From contig NW_021828092.1 in the NCBI RefSeq assembly GCF_006345805.1, positions 1 to 35,567 on the forward strand: 35,567 nucleotides of DNA, read 5' to 3'. Below the pieces are notes generated by a model. That model was not told the origin of the DNA. It saw only the letters and a program-made list of their open reading frames with translations, and made no database searches. Source of the stretch: Octopus sinensis. Lineage: Eukaryota. The position numbers and the translations under genes were made by a program. This document shows positions 12,060-21,674 of this stretch, piece by piece. Within the stretch, counting starts at the first letter, position 1. Every line of letters begins with the position of its first letter.

Positions 12060-12345
12060 GACGTCAATATAAACAGAGGTAGACAATATACATATACACA
12101 TATATATAACGGGAAGCTTTATGAAAATAGACAAAAGACGAAGGCAGGTGGGAAACAAACAAACAATTGTATTAGTATGGCGCTCAGGAAATATAAATAA
12201 AACAAGTCTTTAACGTTTCGAGCCTACGCTCTTCAACAGAAAGATACACAGAGAGAAAAAAACACAGAAAGAAGGAGAAACAAAAATGCGTGCAGTAACT
12301 AACGAATCAACATGGCGATCTGATTTCGGCCAGAGGTCAAAGATC
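12060..12345 (-). mobile_element. Probable Penelope-type terminal repeat fragment
   Basis: Non-coding repeat-like block containing the hammerhead-like motif at 12207-12244. Boundaries approximate. Confidence 0.45.
12207..12244 (-). ncRNA. Minimal type-I hammerhead-like motif (A6U core)
   Basis: TCTTT CTGTTGA A GAGC-GTAG-GCTC GAAAC GT T AAAGA: 5-bp stem I, 4-bp stem II, palindromic ACGT stem III. Confidence 0.62.
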
Positions 12346-12442
12346 AACAAACGCATTTAACTGAACTATACGTATTTACAAACACATGTATAGATACACA
12401 CACACACCACACACACACACATTATATATATATATATATACA

Positions 12443-12482
<40 letters not shown>

Positions 12483-12485
<3 letters not shown>

Positions 12486-12632
12486 GACTTCTTTCAGTTT
12501 CGTCTACCAAATCCACTCACAAAGCTTTGGTCCGTCCGAGGTCATAGTAGAAGACACTTGCCCAAGGTGCCATGTACTGGGACTGAGCCCGGAATCATGT
12601 GGCTGGTAAGCAAGCTACTTACCACACAGCCA
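12483..12632 (-). mobile_element. SINE family B head (tRNA + CORE-like)
   Basis: Reverse complement of TGGCTGTGTGGTAAGTAGCTTGC...CCTTGGGCAAGTGTCTTC, embedded in TA/CA repeats. Confidence 0.85.
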
Positions 12633-12647
12633 ATGTATATATATATA

Positions 12648-12712
<65 letters not shown>

Positions 12713-12826
12713 GTGTGTGTGTGAGTGTGTGTGTGTGTGTGTTTATATATATATATATACATTGCATATAATAGAAATATCAAAATTACTAAGTCTCCCT
12801 AAAGGAGATTACGGCAGCGTTACTGG

Positions 12827-13148
12827 ATATTAATAGTTATCGCCATACTAATACGGCAGTCTATAAACATAAGACTAAAGCTGTCGCTGATTAGCTCCAA
12901 GAGGCCATCGCCTCTAGCTAGCTATATGACACACGAACCTGCGTCCATTACAACCTTCGAGGTTGTAATGGACGCAGGTTCGTGTGTCATACAGCTAGCT
13001 AGAGGCGATGGCCTCTGAAGGTTGTAATGGACGCAGGTTCAGGTGTCATATAGCTAGCTAGAGGCGATGGCCTCTTGGAGCTAATCAGCGACAGCTTTAG
13101 TCTTATGTTTATAGACTGCCATATTAGTATGGCGATAACTATTAATAT
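12827..13148. repeat. Near-perfect palindrome (130-bp arms, 3-nt loop) with a 59-bp duplication in the right arm
   Basis: ATATTAATAGTTATCGCC...ACAACCT TCG AGGTTGT...GGCGATAACTATTAATAT. 12960-13015 is repeated at 13019-13074. Confidence 0.92.
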
Positions 13149-13439
13149 ACATGCATATATATATATATATCTATATATCTATCTATCTATCTATATATAT
13201 ATATATATATATATATACGTATGTGTGTATGTATGTATATGTACATACATATGTATATATGTATACATACATATATATATATATATATACATATATACAT
13301 ATATGTATGTATGTGTATGCGTGCTGATGTGTGTGCGTGTAAACACATGCACGCTGACACACCCACGTCCATCGAGAGTGATTAACTTAAGTAGGAAATG
13401 ATTACGAGAGTGCCAATTAAGCCATCTAAATTATCAACT

Positions 13440-13850
13440 TTCTCTCTCTCTCTGTCTCTTTCTCTTTCTCTCACTCTCTCTCTCTATCTCTATCTCTCTC
13501 TCTCTCTCTGACATCCTTTCTCTTCCCCTTCCCTCTTTCCCTCTCTCTCTCTCTTTCCCGCTCCTCCTCTCTCACCCTATTTCCTCCCTCCCACCCTCTC
13601 CAACTCTTTCTGATTTTAATAACGCTTCTCTCACACATTCGTCATTCATTAATACGTACGCCATTCTTTCCTCTTCCTCCTCCTTCTTCTATTTCTTCTT
13701 CTTCTTCTTCTTCTTCTTCTTCTTCTTCTCTTCTTCTTCTTCTTCTTCTTCTTCTATTTCTTCTTATTATTATTCTTATTCTTATTCTTTTTCTTCTTGT
13801 TCTTATTCTTACTCTTCTCATTATTATTATTATCATTATTGTTATTGTTG

Positions 13851-13897
<47 letters not shown>

Positions 13898-13908
13898 TTT
13901 ATTATCAT
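13440..13908. repeat. (CT)n/(CTT)n/(ATT)n compound microsatellite
   Basis: Directly visible. Confidence 0.9.
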
Positions 13909-13912
13909 TATT

Positions 13913-14098
13913 AAGGCAATGAGCTAGCACAATCGTTAACACGCTGGAGAAAATGCATAGCGGCAATTTGTCCGTCTTTACGTTCTGAGTTCGAATTCCG
14001 CCGAGATCAGGTTCGCCTTCCCTCTTTCCAAGGTCGATAAAATAAGTACCAGCGGAGCACTGAGGTCGATGTAATCCTCTTACCACTTTCTCCTCGAA

Positions 14099-14163
<65 letters not shown>
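13913..14163 (+). mobile_element. Degenerate SINE family A2 with (ATT)n tail
   Basis: Family A head and central domain GGTCGATAAAATAAGTACCAG, followed by (ATT)n. Confidence 0.75.
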
Positions 14164-14166
<3 letters not shown>

Positions 14167-14206
14167 AACAAAGAGCACGATTCGAATGTAATATATATTT
14201 TATTGG

Positions 14207-14247
14207 TTGATCGATATTTCGACAGTGTTTGTCTTTGTCAAGTTTAA
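14207..14247 (-). ncRNA. Hammerhead-like motif with U3:A8 core
   Basis: TTAAAC TTGACAA A GAC-AAACACT-GTC GAAAT AT C GATCAA. Stem I has 2 mismatches. Confidence 0.55.
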
Positions 14248-14446
14248 AATAAGAGGTGATAAAAATTCAAAATCATAGAAATTTGAATTTAAAGTATGAA
14301 GGAGAGCAACCAGCGTCCACACGTTGATGGAATGGCATCATCACTCTTTAAGTTTCAATTTTATAACAAGCGAAAAAAAAAGACTGAAAAACGATTTGAA
14401 AAGGAGTTGAAAGTGCATATTCTCGGATCAAATTTATACAAAACAT

Positions 14447-14853
14447 AGGCGCAGGAGTGGCTGTGTGGTAAGTAGCTTGCTAACCAACCACATGGTTGCG
14501 GGTTCAGTACCACTGCGTGGCATCTTGGGCAAGTGTCTTCTGCTATAGCCCCGGGCCGACCAATGCCTTGTGAGTAGATTTGGTAGACGGAAACTGAAAG
14601 AAGCCTGTCGTATATATGTATATATATATATGTGTGGTGTGTGTGTGTGTGTTTGTGTGTTTGTCCCCCTAGCATTGCTTGACAACCGATGCTGGTGTGT
14701 TTATGTCCCCGTCACTTAGCGGTTCGGCAAAAAGAGACCGATAGAATAAGTACGGTTACAAAAGTCCCGGGGTCGAGTTGCTCGATTAAAGGCGGTGCTC
14801 CAGCATGGCCGCAGTCAAATGAATTGAAACAAGTAAAAGAGTAAAAGAGTAAA
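14447..14853 (+). mobile_element. SINE family B, full length (tRNA head, CORE-like block, internal TA/TG repeat, LINE-like tail, (AAAGAGT)n end)
   Basis: A-box TGGCTGTGTGG, B-box GGTTCAGTACC, CTTGGGCAAG CORE-like block, tail GGCGGTGCTCCAGCATGGCCGCAG. Confidence 0.88.
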
Positions 14854-15024
14854 ACTGTTTGATTAAATATCCTTCTTTTTTCCTTTTTTTCCTCTCTTGT
14901 TTTTCTGTCTTTTTCTTTTCGCCTGTTATAAAATTGATGATGTCATTCCATCGCTGTGTGGACACTGGTTGCTCTCGTTCGTACTTTAAATTTCTATAAT
15001 TTTGAATTTCTATCATCTCTTATT

Positions 15025-15063
15025 TTGAACTTGACAAAGACTTACTGTTGAAATATCGTTCAA
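15025..15063 (+). ncRNA. Hammerhead-like motif with U3:A8 core
   Basis: TTGAAC TTGACAA A GAC-TTACT-GTT GAAAT AT C GTTCAA: perfect 6-bp stem I, AATAAA at 15066-15071. Confidence 0.65.
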
Positions 15064-15120
15064 CCAATAAAGCATCTATTACTATCGAAACGCGCGCTTC
15101 GTCTTGATTCTTTACCTTTA

Positions 15121-15128
15121 TGCTGCTG

Positions 15129-15176
<48 letters not shown>

Positions 15177-15279
15177 TTATTGTTGTTGTTGTTAGTAGTA
15201 GTAGTAGTAGTAGTAGTAGTGGCAGCAGCAGCAGCAGTATTATTGATATTACGTCAATCCTTTATAAAATATTATTATC

Positions 15280-15332
<53 letters not shown>

Positions 15333-15367
15333 CATTATTATTATTATTATTATTATTATCATTATTA

Positions 15368-15407
<40 letters not shown>

Positions 15408-15453
15408 TACTATTTCTATTATTACTATTTCTATTATTATTATTATTATTATT
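15121..15453. repeat. (CTA)n/(GTA)n/(ATT)n compound microsatellite
   Basis: Directly visible. Confidence 0.95.
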
Positions 15454-16008
15454 GAGTGAGAGAGCAGTACATGCCATCAAAGTGACAGTGGGGTAAAATA
15501 AACGAAGCCTAGTATACCCATCATGACTACCCATCTGATAAGGGTACACCAGGCACATGCATCACAACCAAATGTGCGTGGCATGGTGATCCCATATCAA
15601 GATAAACAGCGCATGACCTTGCAGGTGGGGCCAGGTGGAATTTTCTTCTGGTCAGGTAGCATATCCCACTCAAAAGGGCCCTGAATATGGATTGTTTAAG
15701 GATGTTGAACGAAACACCCATGTTTCCAAAGGTGAATTATTCAAACCCCAAGCAATCCCTCTCAACACGTGGCTATGATGCTCCCCCACAACTTCTGCTA
15801 GTGACCAGAGATGCATATATCGTCAACCACTAAGGGACATGGTCAACTGGTTAAGGTCCAAACAACTGACAAGCAAATCTGTGGTATTAAGCAGAATATT
15901 TGCTGTAGCCCATCTTTTATACCAAGACAAAACAATGTACATGATAACACTTCCAATCAGTTAAGATCAGAAGCCACGAGAAACCACTGCCTGGTACTGC
16001 ATCAGAGC
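15454..16008 (-). mobile_element. Family D element, copy 3
   Basis: Reverse complement of 4507-5042, flanked by (ATT)n. Confidence 0.85.
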
Positions 16009-16033
16009 ATATCATTATCATTATTATTATTAT

Positions 16034-16079
<46 letters not shown>

Positions 16080-16083
16080 GGGA

Positions 16084-16466
16084 TGGAAGCACTCCGTCGG
16101 TTACGACGACGAGGGTTCCGGTTGATCCGAATCAACGGAACAGCCTGCTCGTGAAATTAACGTGTAAGTGGCTGAGCACTCCACAGACACGTGTACCTTT
16201 AACGTAGTTCTCGGGGATATTCAGCGTGACACAGAGAGTGACAAAGCCGGCCTTTTGAAATACAGGTACAACAGAAACAGGAAGTAAGAGTGAGAGAAAG
16301 TTGTGGTGAAAGAGTACAACAGGGATCACCACCATCCCTGCCGGAGCCTCGTGGAGCTTTAGGTGTTTTCGCTCAACAAACACTCACAACGCCCGGTCTG
16401 GGAGTCGAAACCGCGATCCTACGACCGCGAGTCCGCTGCCCTAACCACTGGGCCATTGCGCCTCCA
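16084..16466 (-). mobile_element. SINE family C, full length
   Basis: Reverse complement of 16871-17255. tRNA-like head TGGCCCAGTGGTTAGG...GGTTTCGACTCCC. Confidence 0.88.
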
Positions 16467-16501
<35 letters not shown>

Positions 16502-16870
16502 TTGGTGGTGGTGGTAGTAGTAGTAGTAGCAGTAGTAGTAGCAGCAGCAGCAGTATTATTATTATTATTATTATTATTTTAATATCTTATTTTCCTTCTT
16601 CGTCGCCGTGGTCGTCCTCTTCGTTGTCTTGTTCACGTCATAATTCAATCCAGCAGCACAGTTTTTGTCTGTCATTGACGTCTCACTATTAATTTAGCAA
16701 TGGGTGTATCTATGTTGCATGATGTCAAACTCCTTACGTAAATAACTGGACGGTTTACAGTCAGGAGACGACTGACGGTGCAACACTGAACTACCAACAG
16801 TCACTAAACATCCGCTTTGACGTATAACCTTATTAATTCGCCTTTGTATCATTATATGCTTATACATACA

Positions 16871-17255
16871 TGGAGGCGCAATGGCCCAGTGGTTAGGGCA
16901 GCGGAATTGCGGTCATAGGATCGCGGTTTCGATTCCCAGACCGGGCGTTGTGAGTGTTTATTGAGCGAAAACACCTAAAAGCTCCACGAGGCTCCGGCAG
17001 GGGATGGTGGTGATCCCTGCTGTACTCTTTCACCGCAACTTTCTCTCACTCTTACTTCCTGTTTCTGTTGTGCCTGTTTTTCAAAGGGCCGGCCTTGTCA
17101 CTCTCTGTGTCACGCTGAATATCCCCGAGAACTACGTTAAGGATACACGTGTCTGTGGAGTGCTCAGCCACTTACACGTTAATTTCACGAGCAGGCTGTT
17201 CCGTTGATTCGGATCAACCGGGACCCTCGTCGTCGTAACCGACGGAGTGCTTCCA
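16871..17255 (+). mobile_element. SINE family C, full length
   Basis: A-box TGGCCCAGTGG, B-box GGTTTCGATTCCC, tail CGTAACCGACGGAGTGCTTCCA. ATACATACA on both flanks. Confidence 0.88.
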
Positions 17256-17438
17256 CCATACATACATATTCTCACACTGGTGCACAAACACACACAGGCA
17301 CACACTCATATATCACGCAAAAATTCACCGACACACAGTGACACATACTCAGATAAATATAAACACGTGATGTATATGTTAAACAATTTAACGTTAAATT
17401 GAGTAACTCACTATTTTTAGTAAAGCAGGTAGATACAA

Positions 17439-17673
17439 GGCGGCGAGCTGGCAGAAACGTTAGCACGCCGGGCGAAATGCTCAGCAGTATTTTGTCTGCC
17501 GCTACGTTCTTGGTTCAAATTCCACGGAGGTCGACTTTGCCTTTCATCCTTTCGGGGTCGATAAATTAAGTACCAGTTACACACTGGGGTCGATATAATC
17601 GACTTAATCCGTTTGCCTGTCCTTGTTTGTCCCCTCTGTGTTTAGTCCCTTGTGGATAGTAAAGAAATAGGTA
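17439..17673 (+). mobile_element. SINE family A1 monomer
   Basis: Full head to tail, with a 10-bp direct repeat AGGTAGATAC at 17427-17436 and 17669-17678. Confidence 0.9.
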
Positions 17674-17675
17674 GA

Positions 17676-18715
17676 TACGAGGGGTGTCTGAAAAGTCTTG
17701 AGCCTCAAAAAAAAAACAAAACATAGTACAAGACTTCTGATTATTTATTTTTCAACATTGTCCCCTTTGATGGCTGAACACTTTCTCCAGTGGTGCTGAA
17801 GTGCCATTATCCCGGCGTAGAGGAACTATTTTGTTTGAAACTCTAAGAAACTTCCTACAGTGTCTTGATGTCATTGTCACAGGCAAAATGGCAACCAGTC
17901 AGAGCTTTTTTTCATTTTGGGGAATAGATGAAAGTCAGAGGGGGGCTACGTCTGGCGAATAAGGCAGATGGGGAACTAAAGTTCGTGTCCACAATCACGA
18001 ATTGTTGCCATGGCAACAACCGAGGTGTGTGCTGGAGCATTGTCGTGATGAAAAAGGGGACTCCTCTGGGGAGCATTCCTGGCCTTTTTTTCTTTGATTG
18101 CTTCCTGGAGGCATTACATTAGCTGAGAGTAATACAGACCTGTCACGGTGTGACCCTTTTCAAGGTAATCGATCAGCAAGACACCTTGAAAAAAAACAAA
18201 AAAACTGACGCTATAACCTTGCCAGCTGAAGGAATGACCTGGCCTTTTTGGGGGTAGGAAAAGATGTGTGCTTCCACTGCTTTGATTGTTCTTTGGATTC
18301 AGGCTGGTAGTGATAAACCCAACTTTCGTCCATAGTAATAAAACGAGCAAGAAAATTCTCTTCATCGGCTTCAAACAGTTCCAGTTTGCTCGTGGACAAA
18401 GTGCACCTGGTGCGTTTCTGTTCAGGAGTCAAAAGGCGAGGGACTCACCTTGCAGAAACCTTTTGGAAGCCAAATTCTTTTGTCACAAGGTTGCCAGCTT
18501 TTTTTTTTTTTTTTTTTTTTTGAGATGCCCAGTCTCTCAGCTATCTGGCGGTGGGATATTCGATGATCTTGCATTATCATACCAAGAGCAAGGTCAATTT
18601 TGTCCTCGGTGATTGCAGTTGGAGACCTCCTTGGTGTGGGATCATCTTCCACACTCTCCCTGCCACGCTGGAATTCATTTAACCAGCGTTTGACTGTTGC
18701 ACATGAAGGAGCATT
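17676..18715 (-). mobile_element. Decayed mariner (DD34D) transposon, 3' TIR present, 5' end not found
   Basis: TA+CGAGGGGTGTCTGAAAAGT terminus. Peptides *VPRLL (WVPHEL-like), FITMDESW, FHHDNAPAH, YSPDVAPSDF; 34 residues between the 2nd and 3rd D after one frame correction. Poly-T run at ~18499-18521. Confidence 0.9.
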
Positions 18716-18799
18716 AATAAGTTGCTTATTTTGATTTTAATCACCTTATTTTAAATTTGTATGGATAATACCCTACTAAATTCTGGTGCCTCAATTTCA

Positions 18800-20060
18800 G
18801 GAATTAAGTAAGGGGGTTACGTCGCTTAGAAAAAATTTGATATGATAAATTTAAGACGATATGGAACGATTAAGGCATTATTATAGGAAAGGCTACAACA
18901 GTAACTATAGATTGATAGCGAAGTAATATAATGTTAATGATATAGAAGGGCTGGATAGACGTAATGTAAAAAAGGAGGATGTATATAATAAATCCCTCTT
19001 CACTCATCAACATTAAAATAATTTATGAAAAAAGTTATAACTTACACGTGCAATTATTTGATAATAAAACTAAGAACAATATGGAAACAGGTCCGCAAAT
19101 TTTCTGTAATATTTAGAGAAAGACGGGAAGGAAAATAATCTCTTATATAAAATCCGTTCTGTCTGTGTGTGTGTGTGTGTCTTCTAGGATCTCGGGCATC
19201 CTCCATCCGATTGTACTAAAATTTGATATGTAGATACCGACGGTATCAGGACGTGCATAAGTCTTGAAAAAATTACAAAAATCGATTCCAGGTTAGAATC
19301 GATAAAGCCGTGCGAACGTGCATTCGTAAAATCGCTTTTCTTGGAATAGAAAAAAGTCTATCTTTATTTCTTCGTTTGCTGGTGTCTCAAATTTAGGTTA
19401 AATCAGTGTTTCTCAAAGGGGAGGCCTATGGGATGGTCGGACAAATTGTTTTGAGAAAATTTGGTTTAAATGTTTGACAACTCAGCACCGTCCACTGGAC
19501 GGTGGGAGGGGGGTAGCGAATTGCTCGTGCTTAATATTGACAGCAGACAAGATGCCTTAGCTAAATTACAGCGTTAATCACGATTAAGCCTGAAAAGTGT
19601 ATGTTTCTCTTAAAACTAAATGTAGGTTAATCGACCCTGTTAAATCAAAGAGTAGATTAGTTAGTAAGAACATTCAAAGAAAAGTTAAAATAACATTAAA
19701 AATTCTACCGATCTTAATGTGATAAAAGGAATACGCCCATTTATCACTTGGCAACGCCAAATTTATCCAGTTTGATGCAGTACAATTTTCTATCTGTCTG
19801 CAAAAACACTTCTACGGAAAAAACAAGATTTTAGTGAAATTTTTTAACAAAGATAATATAACGCGTTAAGAAGACTCTAATTTTTGATAAGAAATCTACC
19901 TAGTTTAAGCATCCGACTTGATGGTCCATTCTATGTAAGCATAGGTTCGTTAGTCAGTGCCGATCAGTGCAAACTTATAGCATTAGATATGTTGAATACT
20001 TTAAGAGTTTTCCTTCTATAAAATCTGGTCTTAAAACAGGGATAACGGATGAGCTGTGTT
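18800..20060 (+). pseudogene. Highly decayed Penelope-like (PLE) reverse transcriptase, interrupted at ~19135-19590
   Basis: KCRLIDPVKS, KFIQFD, RKTLIFDKKSTW, FYVSIGSLVSADQCKLIAL and GL..RDNG match PLE RT motifs (CRLINPAKS, FIQFDIVDFY, RKSLLF, FDVTMGSYDGAEVCELVGL, GLYRDDG). The 5' part (18800-19130) is weaker. Confidence 0.65.
19135..19590 (+). mobile_element. Possible Helentron/DINE-like non-autonomous insertion
   Basis: Starts ATCTCTTATATAAAA, then (TG)n and CCGATTGTACTAAAATTTG. Perfect 9-bp inverted repeat CACCGTCCA-C-TGGACGGTG at 19486-19504. Confidence 0.4.
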
Positions 20061-20148
20061 TAAAATGTTTATGTGCATAACCAAGATACAATGAGGAAAG
20101 ATACTCACCTGACATTCGGGAATTTAGACGCTATGATGAAGATGATAG

Positions 20149-20188
<40 letters not shown>

Positions 20189-20195
20189 AATAATA

Positions 20196-20231
<36 letters not shown>

Positions 20232-20232
<1 letters not shown>

Positions 20233-20418
20233 TCTTTTATTCTTTTACTTGTTTCAGTCATTCGACTGCGGCCGTGCTGGAGCACTACCTTTAGTTGAGC
20301 AAATCGACCCCCAGGACTTATTCTTTGTAAGCTTAGTACTTATTCTATCGGTCTCTTTTCCCGAACCGCTAAGTTACGGGGACGCAAACACACCAGCATC
20401 GGTTGTCAAGCGATGTTG
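20232..20418 (-). mobile_element. SINE family B 3' half
   Basis: Reverse complement of the family B tail and body. Runs into TA/TG repeats. Confidence 0.85.
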
Positions 20419-20432
20419 TATATATATATATA

Positions 20433-20480
<48 letters not shown>

Positions 20481-20590
20481 GTGTGTGTGTGTGTGTGCGT
20501 GTGTGTGTGTATGTGTGTGTGTGTGTGTGTATTTATGTATGTATAAGTGTATATATGTATATGTATATAACACACACACACACAGACATA

Positions 20591-21613
20591 TAGGTTGCGG
20601 TGAATGAACTTCCGTCTAAATTACGCAAACATGAATCTCATTTTAACAGATATGTTTACCAACATTGCATAATAAAATCTGGGTACATTGAAGAATAAAT
20701 TCATTCAATAAAAACGCCATTGGCTTCAACCATGACCTCCAGATGCCTTTGGAATCTCCTGCAACTCTTCTGGATGGTCTCGTTGGTGAATGCTGCCATA
20801 ATCCTCGCCTTCAGTTCATCTATGGAGTTACAAAGAGTTTTGTTGGTTTCTCGTTCAACTACGCCCCACACATGATAATCAAGGGGGTTGCAGTTTGGGG
20901 AGTTAGGTGACCAGATTTTATGGGTGATGTGCTCGCTGAAATATAAGGTTGTCCCAAAAGTTCGTAGAAAGTCTTGGAAAATAATGGTCTTTATTTTGAG
21001 GAATAATTTTTGTTGTTTTTGTTAATACTCGGCGAGTAAAAATTCAATTTTCGCAAGTGTTTACGAACTTTTGGGACAACCTAATAGTCTGACAGACATT
21101 CCTGGGTTCTCCTGCTTGTGTGGCATGGTGCTCAGTCTTGTTGCCAGAGACGTAGTGTCTTCTAGCAGGCCACTCTCTTGACACAGGGGAAGACAGCCCC
21201 TTCCAGGCACTTGATGTAGGCCTCCGTGTTGAGTATGAGGCCGTGTGGGATGGGAAGATGAATGGAAGCATAACGTCACCATCGCTAGTTATCACTCCAA
21301 ACACCATGATGTTGACTGGATGTTTGATTTTTATCACTATCGGAACGCGTCCTCAAATTTCACAGTCCTCAGATTTACACCCAGAACAATGGATGAAAGT
21401 ACTGCTTGGCACTCGGGCTTCCGGTGCGAATGCTAAGCAGTACGGCATGTCGTTTTCAAATTTCTGGTTGCATGAACTGCGTCATGGTGCTGTTTTTCTC
21501 ACATTCGGTGCCCAACTGATCCTACTATACTGTGTAAGCAACAAGATCAAAAACAAGCAATGTGCATGCGCGAGATAAAAAATATAAAATGGCGACAATC
21601 TAACCACCGCCCC

Positions 21614-21617
<4 letters not shown>
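20591..21617 (-). mobile_element. Internally deleted maT-like (DD37D) Tc1/mariner transposon
   Basis: KHPVNIMVFGVITSDG, WQQD*APCH, WSPNSPNCNPLDYHVWG; 37 residues between QQD and NPLD after removing the MITE. Degenerate TIRs TAGGTTGCGGTG / CACCGCCCCCTG, flanked by TA within (TA)n. Confidence 0.85.
20944..21084. mobile_element. 141-bp mariner-type MITE with TA target-site duplication
   Basis: TIRs TAAGGTTGTCCCAAAAGTTCGTA / TACGAACTTTTGGGACAACCTAA (one mismatch). TA at 20942-43 and 21085-86. Confidence 0.93.

Positions 21618-21674
<57 letters not shown>

Larger units (their letters stand above)
14168..15103. mobile_element. Inverted-repeat element with ~205-225-bp arms (14168-14392 / 14899-15103), hammerhead-like motif near each outer end, SINE B in the centre
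   Basis: Arms align as reverse complements, e.g. GAGAGCAACCAGCGTCCACAC vs GTGTGGACACTGGTTGCTCTC, and GTCTTTGTCAAG vs CTTGACAAAGAC. Confidence 0.82.

Noticed and set aside
14447-14520. tRNA gene calls for SINE heads (also 1008, 16871, 17439)
   Set aside because: No intact cloverleaf, and each head continues into a repeated SINE body.
16132-17207. Repeated peptide MVVIPAVLFHRNFLSLLLP... (16132-16383, 17004-17207)
   Set aside because: Chance ORF within two copies of non-coding SINE C.
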